This document shows positions 8,615 through 16,846 of a stretch of DNA of 20,000 nucleotides, piece by piece (the stretch's first letter is position 1; each line of letters starts with the position of its first letter). Both the position numbers and the translations under genes were made by a program. Below the pieces are notes generated by a model. It ran no database searches, had not been told where the DNA came from, and saw only the letters and a program-made list of their open reading frames with translations. Location: the sequence record DRR723986_7087; one strand, given 5' to 3'.

Positions 8615-9715
8615 GTGCGCAGCAATCCCCACGCTAAAAGAGACCCCGTGCCGCTGAAATATGCCCGCAGCATGCTGCAGGTTGCCGAAGCGCAGGGCTA
8701 CAACGGTGCCGAACTCCTCAGGTCTTTACAGTTGCCGATAGACCCGCTGTCTCCCAGCGCGGACCTGGACTCGCCCATTGACGCCCAGTATTACTCGCAG
8801 ATTTATCGCCGCGTTATGTGGCTGCTGCAAGATGAGTCCTTTGGTTTGGGCCTTCGTCAGCGAACGCCAGCCGGCAGCTTTCGCATGCTGTCACTGTTTA
8901 TCATCCACTGTGAAACACTGGAACAAGCACTGCGTCGCGCCGCCGAATTTATCGTGTTTTGCAGAACCTTGAGCGACGTTCCCAGCGCGGCGCGCCGGCC
9001 AGTGGAGCGCCTCGGCGACGGTACCGCCTTTTACCGCTTCCCCAGCGACGTGGAACTGGCAGAAAGTGATGACACCATTGACCAGCGCTATACCATGGCA
9101 CACACCATGGCGATCTGGCGCCGCTTCTGCCAGTGGCTTATCGGTAAACCGCTCGAGTTGATTGCCGTGCACATGCAGGCCAGCGCACCCGACAACCCCG
9201 AGTACTTTGAGCACTTGTTTAACTGCGAAATTCACTACGGCCGTGAACACAACGCCTTCTTATTGGCCGAACACTGCCTGGACTGCCCGTTGATTCACAC
9301 GGAGGAATCACTGCGCAAATTCCTTCGCGATGCCCCCTACCACCTGCTGGTATCGCAAGACGATGACGACAGCTCTCTGCTGTCACAAATGAAGCGCATC
9401 GTCGGCAACGATCTCAGCCACGAATTCCCCAGTGTGGTGACAATGGCAGAGAACCTGAATATGTCGGTGCGCACCCTGCGCCGCCGTCTCAAAGATTTGG
9501 GAACCACCTATCAGCAATTCAAGGACGAGCTACGCAAGGAGCACGCTCTGCGTTGGCTCAATCAGCCCGAGCTGAAAATCAATGCCGTGTCAGCACTATT
9601 GGGCTTCGATGAACCCAGTGCTTTTCACCGCTCCTTTAAAAAATGGACCGGCATGACACCCGGCGAATATCGCGCCAGCCGGCAGTCACCCCACTCCGCC
9701 GAGAAATCCGCCTAA
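8615..9715 (+). CDS. AraC-family transcriptional regulator (OruR/VqsM-like N-terminal domain)
   Basis: C-terminal double HTH: MAENLNMSVRTLRRRL and LLGFDEPSAFHRSFKKWTGMTPGEYR. The start (GTG 8615 or a later codon) is uncertain. Confidence 0.9.
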   Translation: MRSNPHAKRDPVPLKYARSMLQVAEAQGYNGAELLRSLQLPIDPLSPSADLDSPIDAQYYSQIYRRVMWLLQDESFGLGLRQRTPAGSFRMLSLFIIHCETLEQALRRAAEFIVFCRTLSDVPSAARRPVERLGDGTAFYRFPSDVELAESDDTIDQRYTMAHTMAIWRRFCQWLIGKPLELIAVHMQASAPDNPEYFEHLFNCEIHYGREHNAFLLAEHCLDCPLIHTEESLRKFLRDAPYHLLVSQDDDDSSLLSQMKRIVGNDLSHEFPSVVTMAENLNMSVRTLRRRLKDLGTTYQQFKDELRKEHALRWLNQPELKINAVSALLGFDEPSAFHRSFKKWTGMTPGEYRASRQSPHSAEKSA

Positions 9716-10605
9716 TGAGCCAGTACGACGAGATTGCAAAGAGCCTTCACTTGGCCTCCCAACACCGTGGTTTGACTGCGGCGCAGCGGCCAATTCCCAG
9801 CCAGTTGCCCCATCATGAACGCCACAGCCTTCGCAAACTGCCCTTTGAACAGGCGCATAATTTTCGCGACCTCGGCGGCTATAAAAATCGCGATGGTCAG
9901 CAACTTAAATGGGGCATGATTTATCGCACCGACAAGCTGTCATCACTCAGCGAGGAAGACCAGCGTTACTTGCAGAGGCTGGAGGTAAAGCGGATCGTCG
10001 ACTTTAGATCAGATGAAGAACGCCTGTCAGCACCCCATGCACTGGCCAGCGGTTACGCGGTTCGGGTCGATGCCATGCCCATTACCGTCGATGCGGCACA
10101 AATTGAACTGGTCACCGCGCGCCTGCAACAGGAAGATGTCAGCGCCGATGATATGGCGGCTTTTCTGGTAGACGCCAATCGCGAGATGGTGGTGCGCTAC
10201 ACACCCGTTTATCGTCAGTGGATGCACTCCCTTTTAGAACAGGACCACTACCCCCAGCTCTTCCACTGCACCGCAGGAAAAGATCGAACCGGCCTTGCCG
10301 CCGCGCTACTGCTTCACGCCCTGGACGTCCCCGACGATACGATAATGGAGGACTACCTGGCGACCAATCACTACACGGCGGAGCGCATCGACCAGGTGAT
10401 CGAGCAGATTTCCCAAATGGACATGTTAACCGCCGACGAAGCGGTAATTCGCACCTTATTTCATGTTCAGCCACAGTTTATTAACGCCGCCTTTGAGGCG
10501 ATCGATGAGCACTACGGCAGCTTGGCGGATTACTTTGAGCATGGCCTAAAACTCGACGCGCTGGCACGTCAGCAGCTTCGCGAGCTTTTACTCGAAGACG
10601 GCTAA
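9715..10605 (+). CDS. Tyrosine/lipid phosphatase, MptpB/LipA-like (Y_phosphatase3 type)
   Basis: NFRDLGGY, IVDFRS.EE, P-loop HCTAGKDRTG and IMEDYLATN. ATG 9715 overlaps the AraC stop (TAATG). No signal peptide is evident. Confidence 0.88.
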   Translation: MSQYDEIAKSLHLASQHRGLTAAQRPIPSQLPHHERHSLRKLPFEQAHNFRDLGGYKNRDGQQLKWGMIYRTDKLSSLSEEDQRYLQRLEVKRIVDFRSDEERLSAPHALASGYAVRVDAMPITVDAAQIELVTARLQQEDVSADDMAAFLVDANREMVVRYTPVYRQWMHSLLEQDHYPQLFHCTAGKDRTGLAAALLLHALDVPDDTIMEDYLATNHYTAERIDQVIEQISQMDMLTADEAVIRTLFHVQPQFINAAFEAIDEHYGSLADYFEHGLKLDALARQQLRELLLEDG

Positions 10606-10609
10606 ACCT

Positions 10610-11728
10610 TTGAACACCACCACTCTGGAAAGTCCTTTCGGCGAACTCACCCTGCAGCGCCGGCCCCGCCGTCGCAACGAAGTACTTCAGGCCTGGGATG
10701 CCGCCGACCGCTACCTGCTCAATTATCTTGCCGAAAACCCTCCGCCACAGGGCAGTCGCCTACTGCTCGTGAACGATGCCTTTGGCTGTCTCGCTGCCGC
10801 GCTGTCGGACTATGAGTGTATTTCTTGGTCAGACTCGGCGGTTGCCCACCGCGCATGCCTTGAAAATTGCGCGGCAAACCAACGCCGTGCGCCCGTGCTG
10901 CTGAGCAGCTGCGAGGCACCCACAGGCAGCTTCGATCGCATTATCTATCGCTTGCCACGCAACCACAGTTACCTGCGCTATCAGCTCCAGCACATCGCTG
11001 AGCTGCTGCGCTCACCCGACGTATTTATTGGCGCCTGCATGGCCAAGTACTTGGACAGCTCAAGCATGGCGGTGTTTTCAGAAAGCATTGGCGAGGCTGC
11101 AGCCAGCCTGGCATGGAAAAAAGCCCGCCTGATACACCTGCAATCACTCAGCCCCGGCGCGGCCGTAGACGACTCGCTAGCACTAGACAGCAGCGAACTG
11201 GGCATTTCACTCAACAATCGCGCCAATGTTTTTTCCCGGGGCAAGTTAGACAGGGGTAGCCGCTTGCTGCTCAATGCGTTGGGAGACCTTCACACGCCAT
11301 ACTCACTGGCGGACTTGGGTTGTGGCAATGGCCTGCTGGGCATTATGGCGGGAAAGCGTTGGCCCGAGGCGGCGCTGCATTTTTTCGATGAATCCTATAT
11401 GGCAATAGACAGCGCCAGGCACAATGTGCGCGATAACCTGCCGGGCGCCGCTGCCCAGTTTTATGCCCGCGATTGCATGCACGGTTACGACGGCGCCCTA
11501 TTTGACACCATCGTTTGTAACCCGCCGTTCCACCAAGAGCAGCAGCTGGGGGATCACATCGCGCGCCAGATGTTCTCAGACAGCCATGCGCATTTGGCAC
11601 CGGGCGGCCAATTCTGCGTTGTGGGGAACCGTCATCTCGACTACCACAAATTATTAAAGAAGCGCTTTGGCAACTGTGAGGTGCTGCGCTCGGACGCGAA
11701 GTTTGTCGTCTTGCTAGCGCAGAAATAG
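10610..11728 (+). CDS. rlmG: 23S rRNA m2G1835 methyltransferase
   Basis: LQAWDAADRYLL, VNDAFG, NVFSRGKLDRG, DLGCGNG, CNPPFHQ and VGNRHL. TTG start. Confidence 0.9.
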   Translation: MNTTTLESPFGELTLQRRPRRRNEVLQAWDAADRYLLNYLAENPPPQGSRLLLVNDAFGCLAAALSDYECISWSDSAVAHRACLENCAANQRRAPVLLSSCEAPTGSFDRIIYRLPRNHSYLRYQLQHIAELLRSPDVFIGACMAKYLDSSSMAVFSESIGEAAASLAWKKARLIHLQSLSPGAAVDDSLALDSSELGISLNNRANVFSRGKLDRGSRLLLNALGDLHTPYSLADLGCGNGLLGIMAGKRWPEAALHFFDESYMAIDSARHNVRDNLPGAAAQFYARDCMHGYDGALFDTIVCNPPFHQEQQLGDHIARQMFSDSHAHLAPGGQFCVVGNRHLDYHKLLKKRFGNCEVLRSDAKFVVLLAQK

Positions 11729-11767
11729 CGGCCCACCAAATGGGTGATGCTGCGCTCCGGTGCAGCA

Positions 11768-11776
11768 TGCTACTTT
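11768..11776 (+). promoter_or_regulatory. Possible extended -10 promoter (TG-C-TACTTT) for the LMW phosphatase/LLM genes
   Basis: TGnTAnnnT pattern in the 76-nt gap, about 30 nt upstream of ATG 11805. Confidence 0.3.
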
Positions 11777-11804
11777 GACGGCTCTGTTATTTATTGAGCT
11801 GTTT

Positions 11805-12284
11805 ATGTCTATTCACGTAGTGTTTGTTTGCCTGGGGAATATCTGCCGTTCGCCTGCGGCCCAGGGTATTCTCGAATATAAAGTCGCCGAGGCCGGGCTT
11901 AGCGAGCATATTTCAGTGGACTCCTGTGGCACCGCAGCCTTTAACATTGGCAAGGCGCCCGACCCACGCTCCATTCAGGCCGCTGAAAAAGCGGGCTACG
12001 ATATTTCCCAACAGATCGCGCGGCAAATATGCGATGACGACTACCATCGCAGTCACTACGTCATTGTGATGGACCGCAAAAATCTCAGTAATGTTGAGGC
12101 CTGGGCACCCGCGGACTTTAACGGGGAGATCAACCTACTGCTTCACTATCAGAGCAACGGCGGTAACAGCCAGATTCCCGACCCCTTTTATGACGACGCC
12201 GAACAGTTCGACCATGTCATACGTACGCTGGAAAACGCCATAGACGCCTTACTGAGTCACATTCGTCAGCAGCACCAACTTTAG
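11805..12284 (+). CDS. Low molecular weight protein-tyrosine phosphatase
   Basis: VFVCLGNICRSP P-loop, DSCGT, VMDRKN and IPDPFY. The start at ATG 11805 (MSIHVVFV) matches the usual family N-terminus. Confidence 0.92.
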   Translation: MSIHVVFVCLGNICRSPAAQGILEYKVAEAGLSEHISVDSCGTAAFNIGKAPDPRSIQAAEKAGYDISQQIARQICDDDYHRSHYVIVMDRKNLSNVEAWAPADFNGEINLLLHYQSNGGNSQIPDPFYDDAEQFDHVIRTLENAIDALLSHIRQQHQL

Positions 12285-12328
12285 CGCGTCACGCCCCAAA
12301 TAATAATCAAATACGGCAGGAACCTACT

Positions 12329-13195
12329 GTGAAATTCGTTCTCTCTTCGTCTTTTTGCCCCTTGAAAGAACTCCGTGAACTCGCCATCGCCGCCGATGAA
12401 AGCGGCTGGGAAGCCATGTCGTTTTCCGACCACGTGGTCAATCCCGAAACATTGAGTCACGACTATCCCTATACAGAAGATGGCGAGCGCCGCTGGCAGC
12501 CTTTCACCGATTGGCCAGACCCTTGGGTAATGATTGCCGCTCTGGCGGCGGTGACCGAAAACCTTAAATTCACCAACAATATTTTTGTGCTGCCGATGCG
12601 CAACCCGTTTCTCGTTGCCAAGGCGATTAGCACCGCGGCTATCGTTTCAGATAATCGCGTCATTCCCGCGATCGGTGTCGGCTGGTCTAAGGATGAGTTC
12701 GGGCTGTTGCAACAGGACTTTCATACTCGCGGAAAACGCGCCGATGAAATGCTGGAAATATTGCCGCTGCTATGGAGCGGTGAGATGGTGAGTTACGAGG
12801 GACAGTTCTACCAATTTCCCCGTTTAGAAATGAACCCGGCGCCCACTGAGCTGCCGCCGATCTGGGTGGGCGGCATCAGTAAGGCTGCCATGCGTCGCGC
12901 GGCCCGCCACGACGGTTGGGTGAGCGATTTACAAACCAGCGACGAAATCATCGACTCCGTCAAACTGATTCGCCGCTACCGTGAAGAGCAGGGATTCGAC
13001 CCCGAGCAGTTCTCAGTGATGGCGACCCCGTCAGACGCCTTTACCCCCGATGCCTACCGCAAACTCGAAGACAATGGCATTACCCATATCCTGACTCAAC
13101 CCTGGCCGTTCTACCATGGCAACACCGACGACCCGGTGAAAAAACGCGACGGCGTGCTGCGCTATGCCCAGGACATTATTGCAAAAATGGCCTAG
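12329..13195 (+). CDS. LLM-class (luciferase-like) oxidoreductase, probable F420-dependent TIGR03619-like family
   Basis: FSDHVV, YPY..DG, WPDPWVMIAALAAVT, LPMRNPFLVAK, GVGWSKDEF, RGKRADE and PIWVGG. GTG start with AGGA upstream. Confidence 0.82.
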   Translation: MKFVLSSSFCPLKELRELAIAADESGWEAMSFSDHVVNPETLSHDYPYTEDGERRWQPFTDWPDPWVMIAALAAVTENLKFTNNIFVLPMRNPFLVAKAISTAAIVSDNRVIPAIGVGWSKDEFGLLQQDFHTRGKRADEMLEILPLLWSGEMVSYEGQFYQFPRLEMNPAPTELPPIWVGGISKAAMRRAARHDGWVSDLQTSDEIIDSVKLIRRYREEQGFDPEQFSVMATPSDAFTPDAYRKLEDNGITHILTQPWPFYHGNTDDPVKKRDGVLRYAQDIIAKMA

Positions 13196-14490
13196 CGCTC
13201 CAGCAAAATCAGCGACTCCATATGGTGGGTATGCGGGAACATATCTACCATCGCCGCTTTTTTGATCTCGAAGCCCGCCTCACACAAAATTGCGAGATCG
13301 CGGGCCAAGGTCGCGGGGTCACACGACACATACACCACCCTGCGCATCGAGGGTGAGCCAGCAATGGCTTCGCACACTGCCCTGGCGCCCGCCCTTGGAG
13401 GATCCAATAAGGCGGCGCTGGCCTGGCGAAGCGGAATCTGCGCCGAATCAAACAGGTCGGCGCAGGCAAACTCAATGGCTAATGCCTGCTCCTGCGTCCG
13501 CTGCCGCGCCCGCGCTAACATCTCCTCGCCGGCATCGACCGCGAGCACTGAGGCGCCCGACTGGGCAAGGGGGAAGCTGAAGTTGCCCAGCCCACAGAAA
13601 TAATCGACGACGAATTCCCCGGCCTGCGCGTCCAACCACGCTACACTGCGCTCGACCAGATGCGTATTCAGCTCGCGGTTAGCCTGGGTGAAGTCAGTCG
13701 GCGTAAAGTACAAGGCATGGGAAACCGAGCTGCTGTAGCGAAGCGGCTCGCAATCATTTACCAAGATTCCGTCCGAACTACGTACCTGATACAGCTGCAC
13801 CGCTGGTAATAAGGCGTTTGCTAACGATTCGCTCCACTCTCTGCTTCTGCGGCGACTGTCCTCAACGGCCAAACCGACTCTGCCGCCCTCTCCCAGGCTA
13901 AAAAGCAATTCGGCCTGGTGGCTCTGTTTTAACGCGCGCAACAAGGGCTCGCGAACGGCGGCAATTGCCGCATTCAGCGCTGGCTCTAACACTGAACAGG
14001 CTGCCGTATCGACAATATGGTGGGTTGCCGCAGCCTTGAACCCCAGGTGCCCCGCGCGGTATGACAAGCGCGCTCGGTGGCGGTAAGCCTCTGGCGGCCC
14101 AGCCATTACCTCTACATCAACGCACTCATCAATGATCGCTGACAGGCGTGAACGCTTATGCTCAACTTGCTCGGGATATGCCAAATGCTGGAGCTGACAC
14201 CCCCCGCACTGCCCGTACTGCGAACACGGCGGTTCGACTCGATACCCGGACGCCGCCAACAGCTGGACACTCTCTGCTTCATCGAAGCGCTTGTGGCGCT
14301 TGAGCACGCGCGCCTGCACACGCTCGCCAGGCAGTGCACCGAGCACAAACACCACCTTGTTGTTATGATGGGCGATGCCTCTGCCGTCATCGGCCAAGCG
14401 TTCAATGTGCAACTCAAACACGCCCTTATCGGCAGGCGTTGCGCGTTTAGCGCGAGCATTGCGCTTCGAAGGTTTGAAAATCGTCGCCAT
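13192..14490 (-). CDS. rlmD: 23S rRNA m5U1939 methyltransferase
   Basis: N-terminal TRAM domain (GALPGERV), Fe-S motif C-x5-CGGC plus a distal Cys, FTQAN, DYFCGLGNF, LDPPRAGA, YVSCDPATLARD and DMFPHT. Confidence 0.9.
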   Translation of the reverse strand: MATIFKPSKRNARAKRATPADKGVFELHIERLADDGRGIAHHNNKVVFVLGALPGERVQARVLKRHKRFDEAESVQLLAASGYRVEPPCSQYGQCGGCQLQHLAYPEQVEHKRSRLSAIIDECVDVEVMAGPPEAYRHRARLSYRAGHLGFKAAATHHIVDTAACSVLEPALNAAIAAVREPLLRALKQSHQAELLFSLGEGGRVGLAVEDSRRRSREWSESLANALLPAVQLYQVRSSDGILVNDCEPLRYSSSVSHALYFTPTDFTQANRELNTHLVERSVAWLDAQAGEFVVDYFCGLGNFSFPLAQSGASVLAVDAGEEMLARARQRTQEQALAIEFACADLFDSAQIPLRQASAALLDPPRAGARAVCEAIAGSPSMRRVVYVSCDPATLARDLAILCEAGFEIKKAAMVDMFPHTHHMESLILLER

Positions 14491-14751
14491 CTAGCGCAGC
14501 CCCGTCGCTGGAATAAATTGCTGGTAGCGTTGCAAGCATTGCGTTTTCCGCTCTCGCAATTGCCGCTGCTGCTTATCACTCACAACGGTCACCTCGCTGA
14601 GACGGTCGCAGGGCCACTGTGCGATCGCAGGCTCAGACGCCGGGCGCACCGCTGGCGACCAACGCTCTATTGGCGGCTGTGCCGTCGGCGTCTCAGCCGC
14701 CACAGGCGCTGACACCGCGAGCATGAAAAGCAATGGAAAAGCGGTTGGCAT
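14491..14751 (-). CDS. Small hypothetical protein, probably exported (86 aa, 2 Cys)
   Basis: Fills the gap upstream of rlmD, with its stop abutting the rlmD ATG. Hydrophobic N-terminus ending AVSAPVAA/E; AAGAG upstream of ATG 14751. Confidence 0.6.
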   Translation of the reverse strand: MPTAFPLLFMLAVSAPVAAETPTAQPPIERWSPAVRPASEPAIAQWPCDRLSEVTVVSDKQQRQLRERKTQCLQRYQQFIPATGLR

Positions 14752-14888
14752 AGGGCACTCTTGCAATTATTCGTCGAAAAGCCGCTATTTTAGCCCTGTT
14801 CACCGCCAGTTGATATTTTATTGGCACGCTTTTCAGTTAGAATATCAGGCTCTATAACGTTTTGATTCGGGACAGAATCCGGTAAGCC

Positions 14889-15965
14889 ATGTCAGAAACC
14901 ATCATCGAAAACCTTAATGTCGAAGCACAGGAAGTGCTGATTACTCCTGCGCGCCTGAAGGCGGCCCTGCCAATGAGCGACAGCGCCAAAGCCGTTGTCT
15001 CTGCCGGTCGCGAAACCGTGCGCAATATCCTGGATGGCAAGGACCACCGCATGTTTATTGTGGTTGGCCCCTGCTCTATTCACGATGTCGAACTGGCTAT
15101 GGATTATGCTCAGCGCTTGAAAACGCTGGCTGATGAGCTTCAAGACACGCTAGTGATCGTTATGCGCGTGTATTTTGAAAAACCGCGTACTACCGTGGGT
15201 TGGAAGGGTTTGATCAACGACCCCTACCTTAACGACACCTTTAAAATTGAAGAGGGTTTGCATATCGGCCGCAAATTGCTGCTCGATATTGCCGAGCTGG
15301 GCTTGCCGACCTCAACCGAAGCTCTGGACCCTATTTCGCCTCAGTACTTGCAGGATTGCATTTCCTGGTCGGCGATTGGTGCGAGAACAACCGAGTCGCA
15401 GACTCACCGCGAAATGGCCAGCGGCCTGTCTTCTGCCGTCGGCTTTAAGAACGGGACCGACGGCGGCTTAGACGTTGCCATGAACGCTATTGGCTCAGCG
15501 GTAAAACCCCACCGTTTTCTCGGTATTAACGGCGAAGGCCAGGTGGCAGTGATCCACACGCGCGGCAACCGTTACGCCCATGTGGTATTGCGCGGCGGTA
15601 GCGCCGGGCCTAACTATGACTCTGTTCATATTAAATTGTGTGAAGCCGCCCTGGATAAAGCCGGATACCCACTCAATATCATGGTGGACTGCAGCCACGC
15701 AAACTCCAACAAGCAACCGAGCCTCCAGCCTCTGGTTATGGAGAATGTCACTAACCAGATCATCGAAGGTAACACCTCGATTATCGGTTTGATGATCGAA
15801 AGTAATCTCAAACCCGGCAACCAAAAAATCCCGGCTGACCTTTCTGAGCTCGAATACGGCGTATCAGTCACTGATGGCTGCATCGGCTGGGAGGAAACTG
15901 AGGCTGCACTGCGCGATATGCGCGATAAACTTCGCGATGTGCTCCCCGGCCGCAAGCGCGGTTAA
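14889..15965 (+). CDS. aroF: 3-deoxy-7-phosphoheptulonate (DAHP) synthase, class I-alpha, AroF-like
   Basis: GPCSIHD, MRVYFEKPRTTVGWKG, TEALDP.SPQY, WSAIGARTTESQTHREMASG, FKNGTDG, DCSHANS and SVTDGC. TEALDP/WSAIG/HREMASG resemble AroF more than AroG/AroH; the feedback effector is inferred. Confidence 0.92.
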   Translation: MSETIIENLNVEAQEVLITPARLKAALPMSDSAKAVVSAGRETVRNILDGKDHRMFIVVGPCSIHDVELAMDYAQRLKTLADELQDTLVIVMRVYFEKPRTTVGWKGLINDPYLNDTFKIEEGLHIGRKLLLDIAELGLPTSTEALDPISPQYLQDCISWSAIGARTTESQTHREMASGLSSAVGFKNGTDGGLDVAMNAIGSAVKPHRFLGINGEGQVAVIHTRGNRYAHVVLRGGSAGPNYDSVHIKLCEAALDKAGYPLNIMVDCSHANSNKQPSLQPLVMENVTNQIIEGNTSIIGLMIESNLKPGNQKIPADLSELEYGVSVTDGCIGWEETEAALRDMRDKLRDVLPGRKRG

Positions 15966-15984
15966 AAGCCCCACCGGAAAGATT

Positions 15985-16010
15985 AAAAGGCGCCAATTGG
16001 CGCCTTTTTT
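15985..16010. terminator. Bidirectional intrinsic terminator between aroF and the convergent EEP gene
   Basis: Perfect 24-bp palindrome AAAAGGCGCCAATTGGCGCCTTTT (15985-16008), with T6 on + and T4 on -, 20 nt after the aroF stop. Confidence 0.85.
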
Positions 16011-16077
16011 ATTATTTATTGATCCACCCGAATATTTTTGGCGTAAAGCTAAGTGCTTCTACACCATCTATGGCTTT

Positions 16078-16104
16078 GCCCCGGTTTATCCGGGGCTTTT
16101 TTTT
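16078..16104 (+). terminator. Second intrinsic terminator, + strand oriented
   Basis: Stem GCCCCGG / loop TTTAT / CCGGGGC followed by T8. Confidence 0.75.
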
Positions 16105-16843
16105 AGCCATTGGGTAAAGCAAATTCAGCATAAAGGGCGCAGTGATCAGACAGCGACCGCCACGGCTCTCCGCGAAGCACCTTCGCCTCACGCAATACCA
16201 AGCCCTTGTAGTAAATGCGATCCAGCGGCAACAGTGGATACGGTGCGGGGAAGCTCTTTGCGGGGCGCCCCTGTATTTCCGTCATCGCTTCCCGAACATC
16301 CAGATCACGATAGAAATGCTTGTGCAGACGCAACTGCCAGTCGTTAAAATCTCCGGCGATAATCAAGCCCTCAGCAGCGCTATCTCGCGCCATAAGCTGA
16401 TGCTTCAATTGCTTGAATTGGCGGCGCCGTTCCCAGGCCAACAAGCCCATATGCGCACAGACAAGCTGAACACCGGGAGTAATTTGCGCGAACAGTAAGC
16501 CGCGCTGGGAGCGCTTCATCACTGACACATCGACATTATCGCTGTTAACAATGGGATATTTGCTGAGGATGGCATTGCCGTGATGACCGTGCTGATAGAT
16601 CGCATTGCGGCCGTAGGCAAAATGCGGCCACACGCTGTCAGCCAGGTACTCAAACTGGCCCGCGTCCACCCAATTTTCCCAGCGTTTTGCGTGGTCGCGG
16701 TTTTCGCCAACAACTTCCTGTAGAAAGACAATGTCGGCGTTTACACTGCGAATGCCCTCGCGAATTTCATCGAGCAAATAGCGCCGGTTGCGGGCGCTGA
16801 ACCCTTTGTGCACGTTATAGGAAAGTATTCGCAGCGACTTCAC
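16103..16843 (-). CDS. Endonuclease/exonuclease/phosphatase family protein (YbhP-like)
   Basis: LSYNVHKG, DIVFLQEV, QFEYLADSVW, YGRNAIY..GHHGNAILS, AGDFNDW, LDRIY and LSDH. Confidence 0.9.
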   Translation of the reverse strand: MKSLRILSYNVHKGFSARNRRYLLDEIREGIRSVNADIVFLQEVVGENRDHAKRWENWVDAGQFEYLADSVWPHFAYGRNAIYQHGHHGNAILSKYPIVNSDNVDVSVMKRSQRGLLFAQITPGVQLVCAHMGLLAWERRRQFKQLKHQLMARDSAAEGLIIAGDFNDWQLRLHKHFYRDLDVREAMTEIQGRPAKSFPAPYPLLPLDRIYYKGLVLREAKVLRGEPWRSLSDHCALYAEFALPNG

Positions 16844-16846
16844 AAG

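Noticed and set aside
14821..14837. Sigma54-like TTGGCACG upstream of aroF
   Set aside because: The -24 element is perfect, but the -12 position reads TCAG instead of TTGC.
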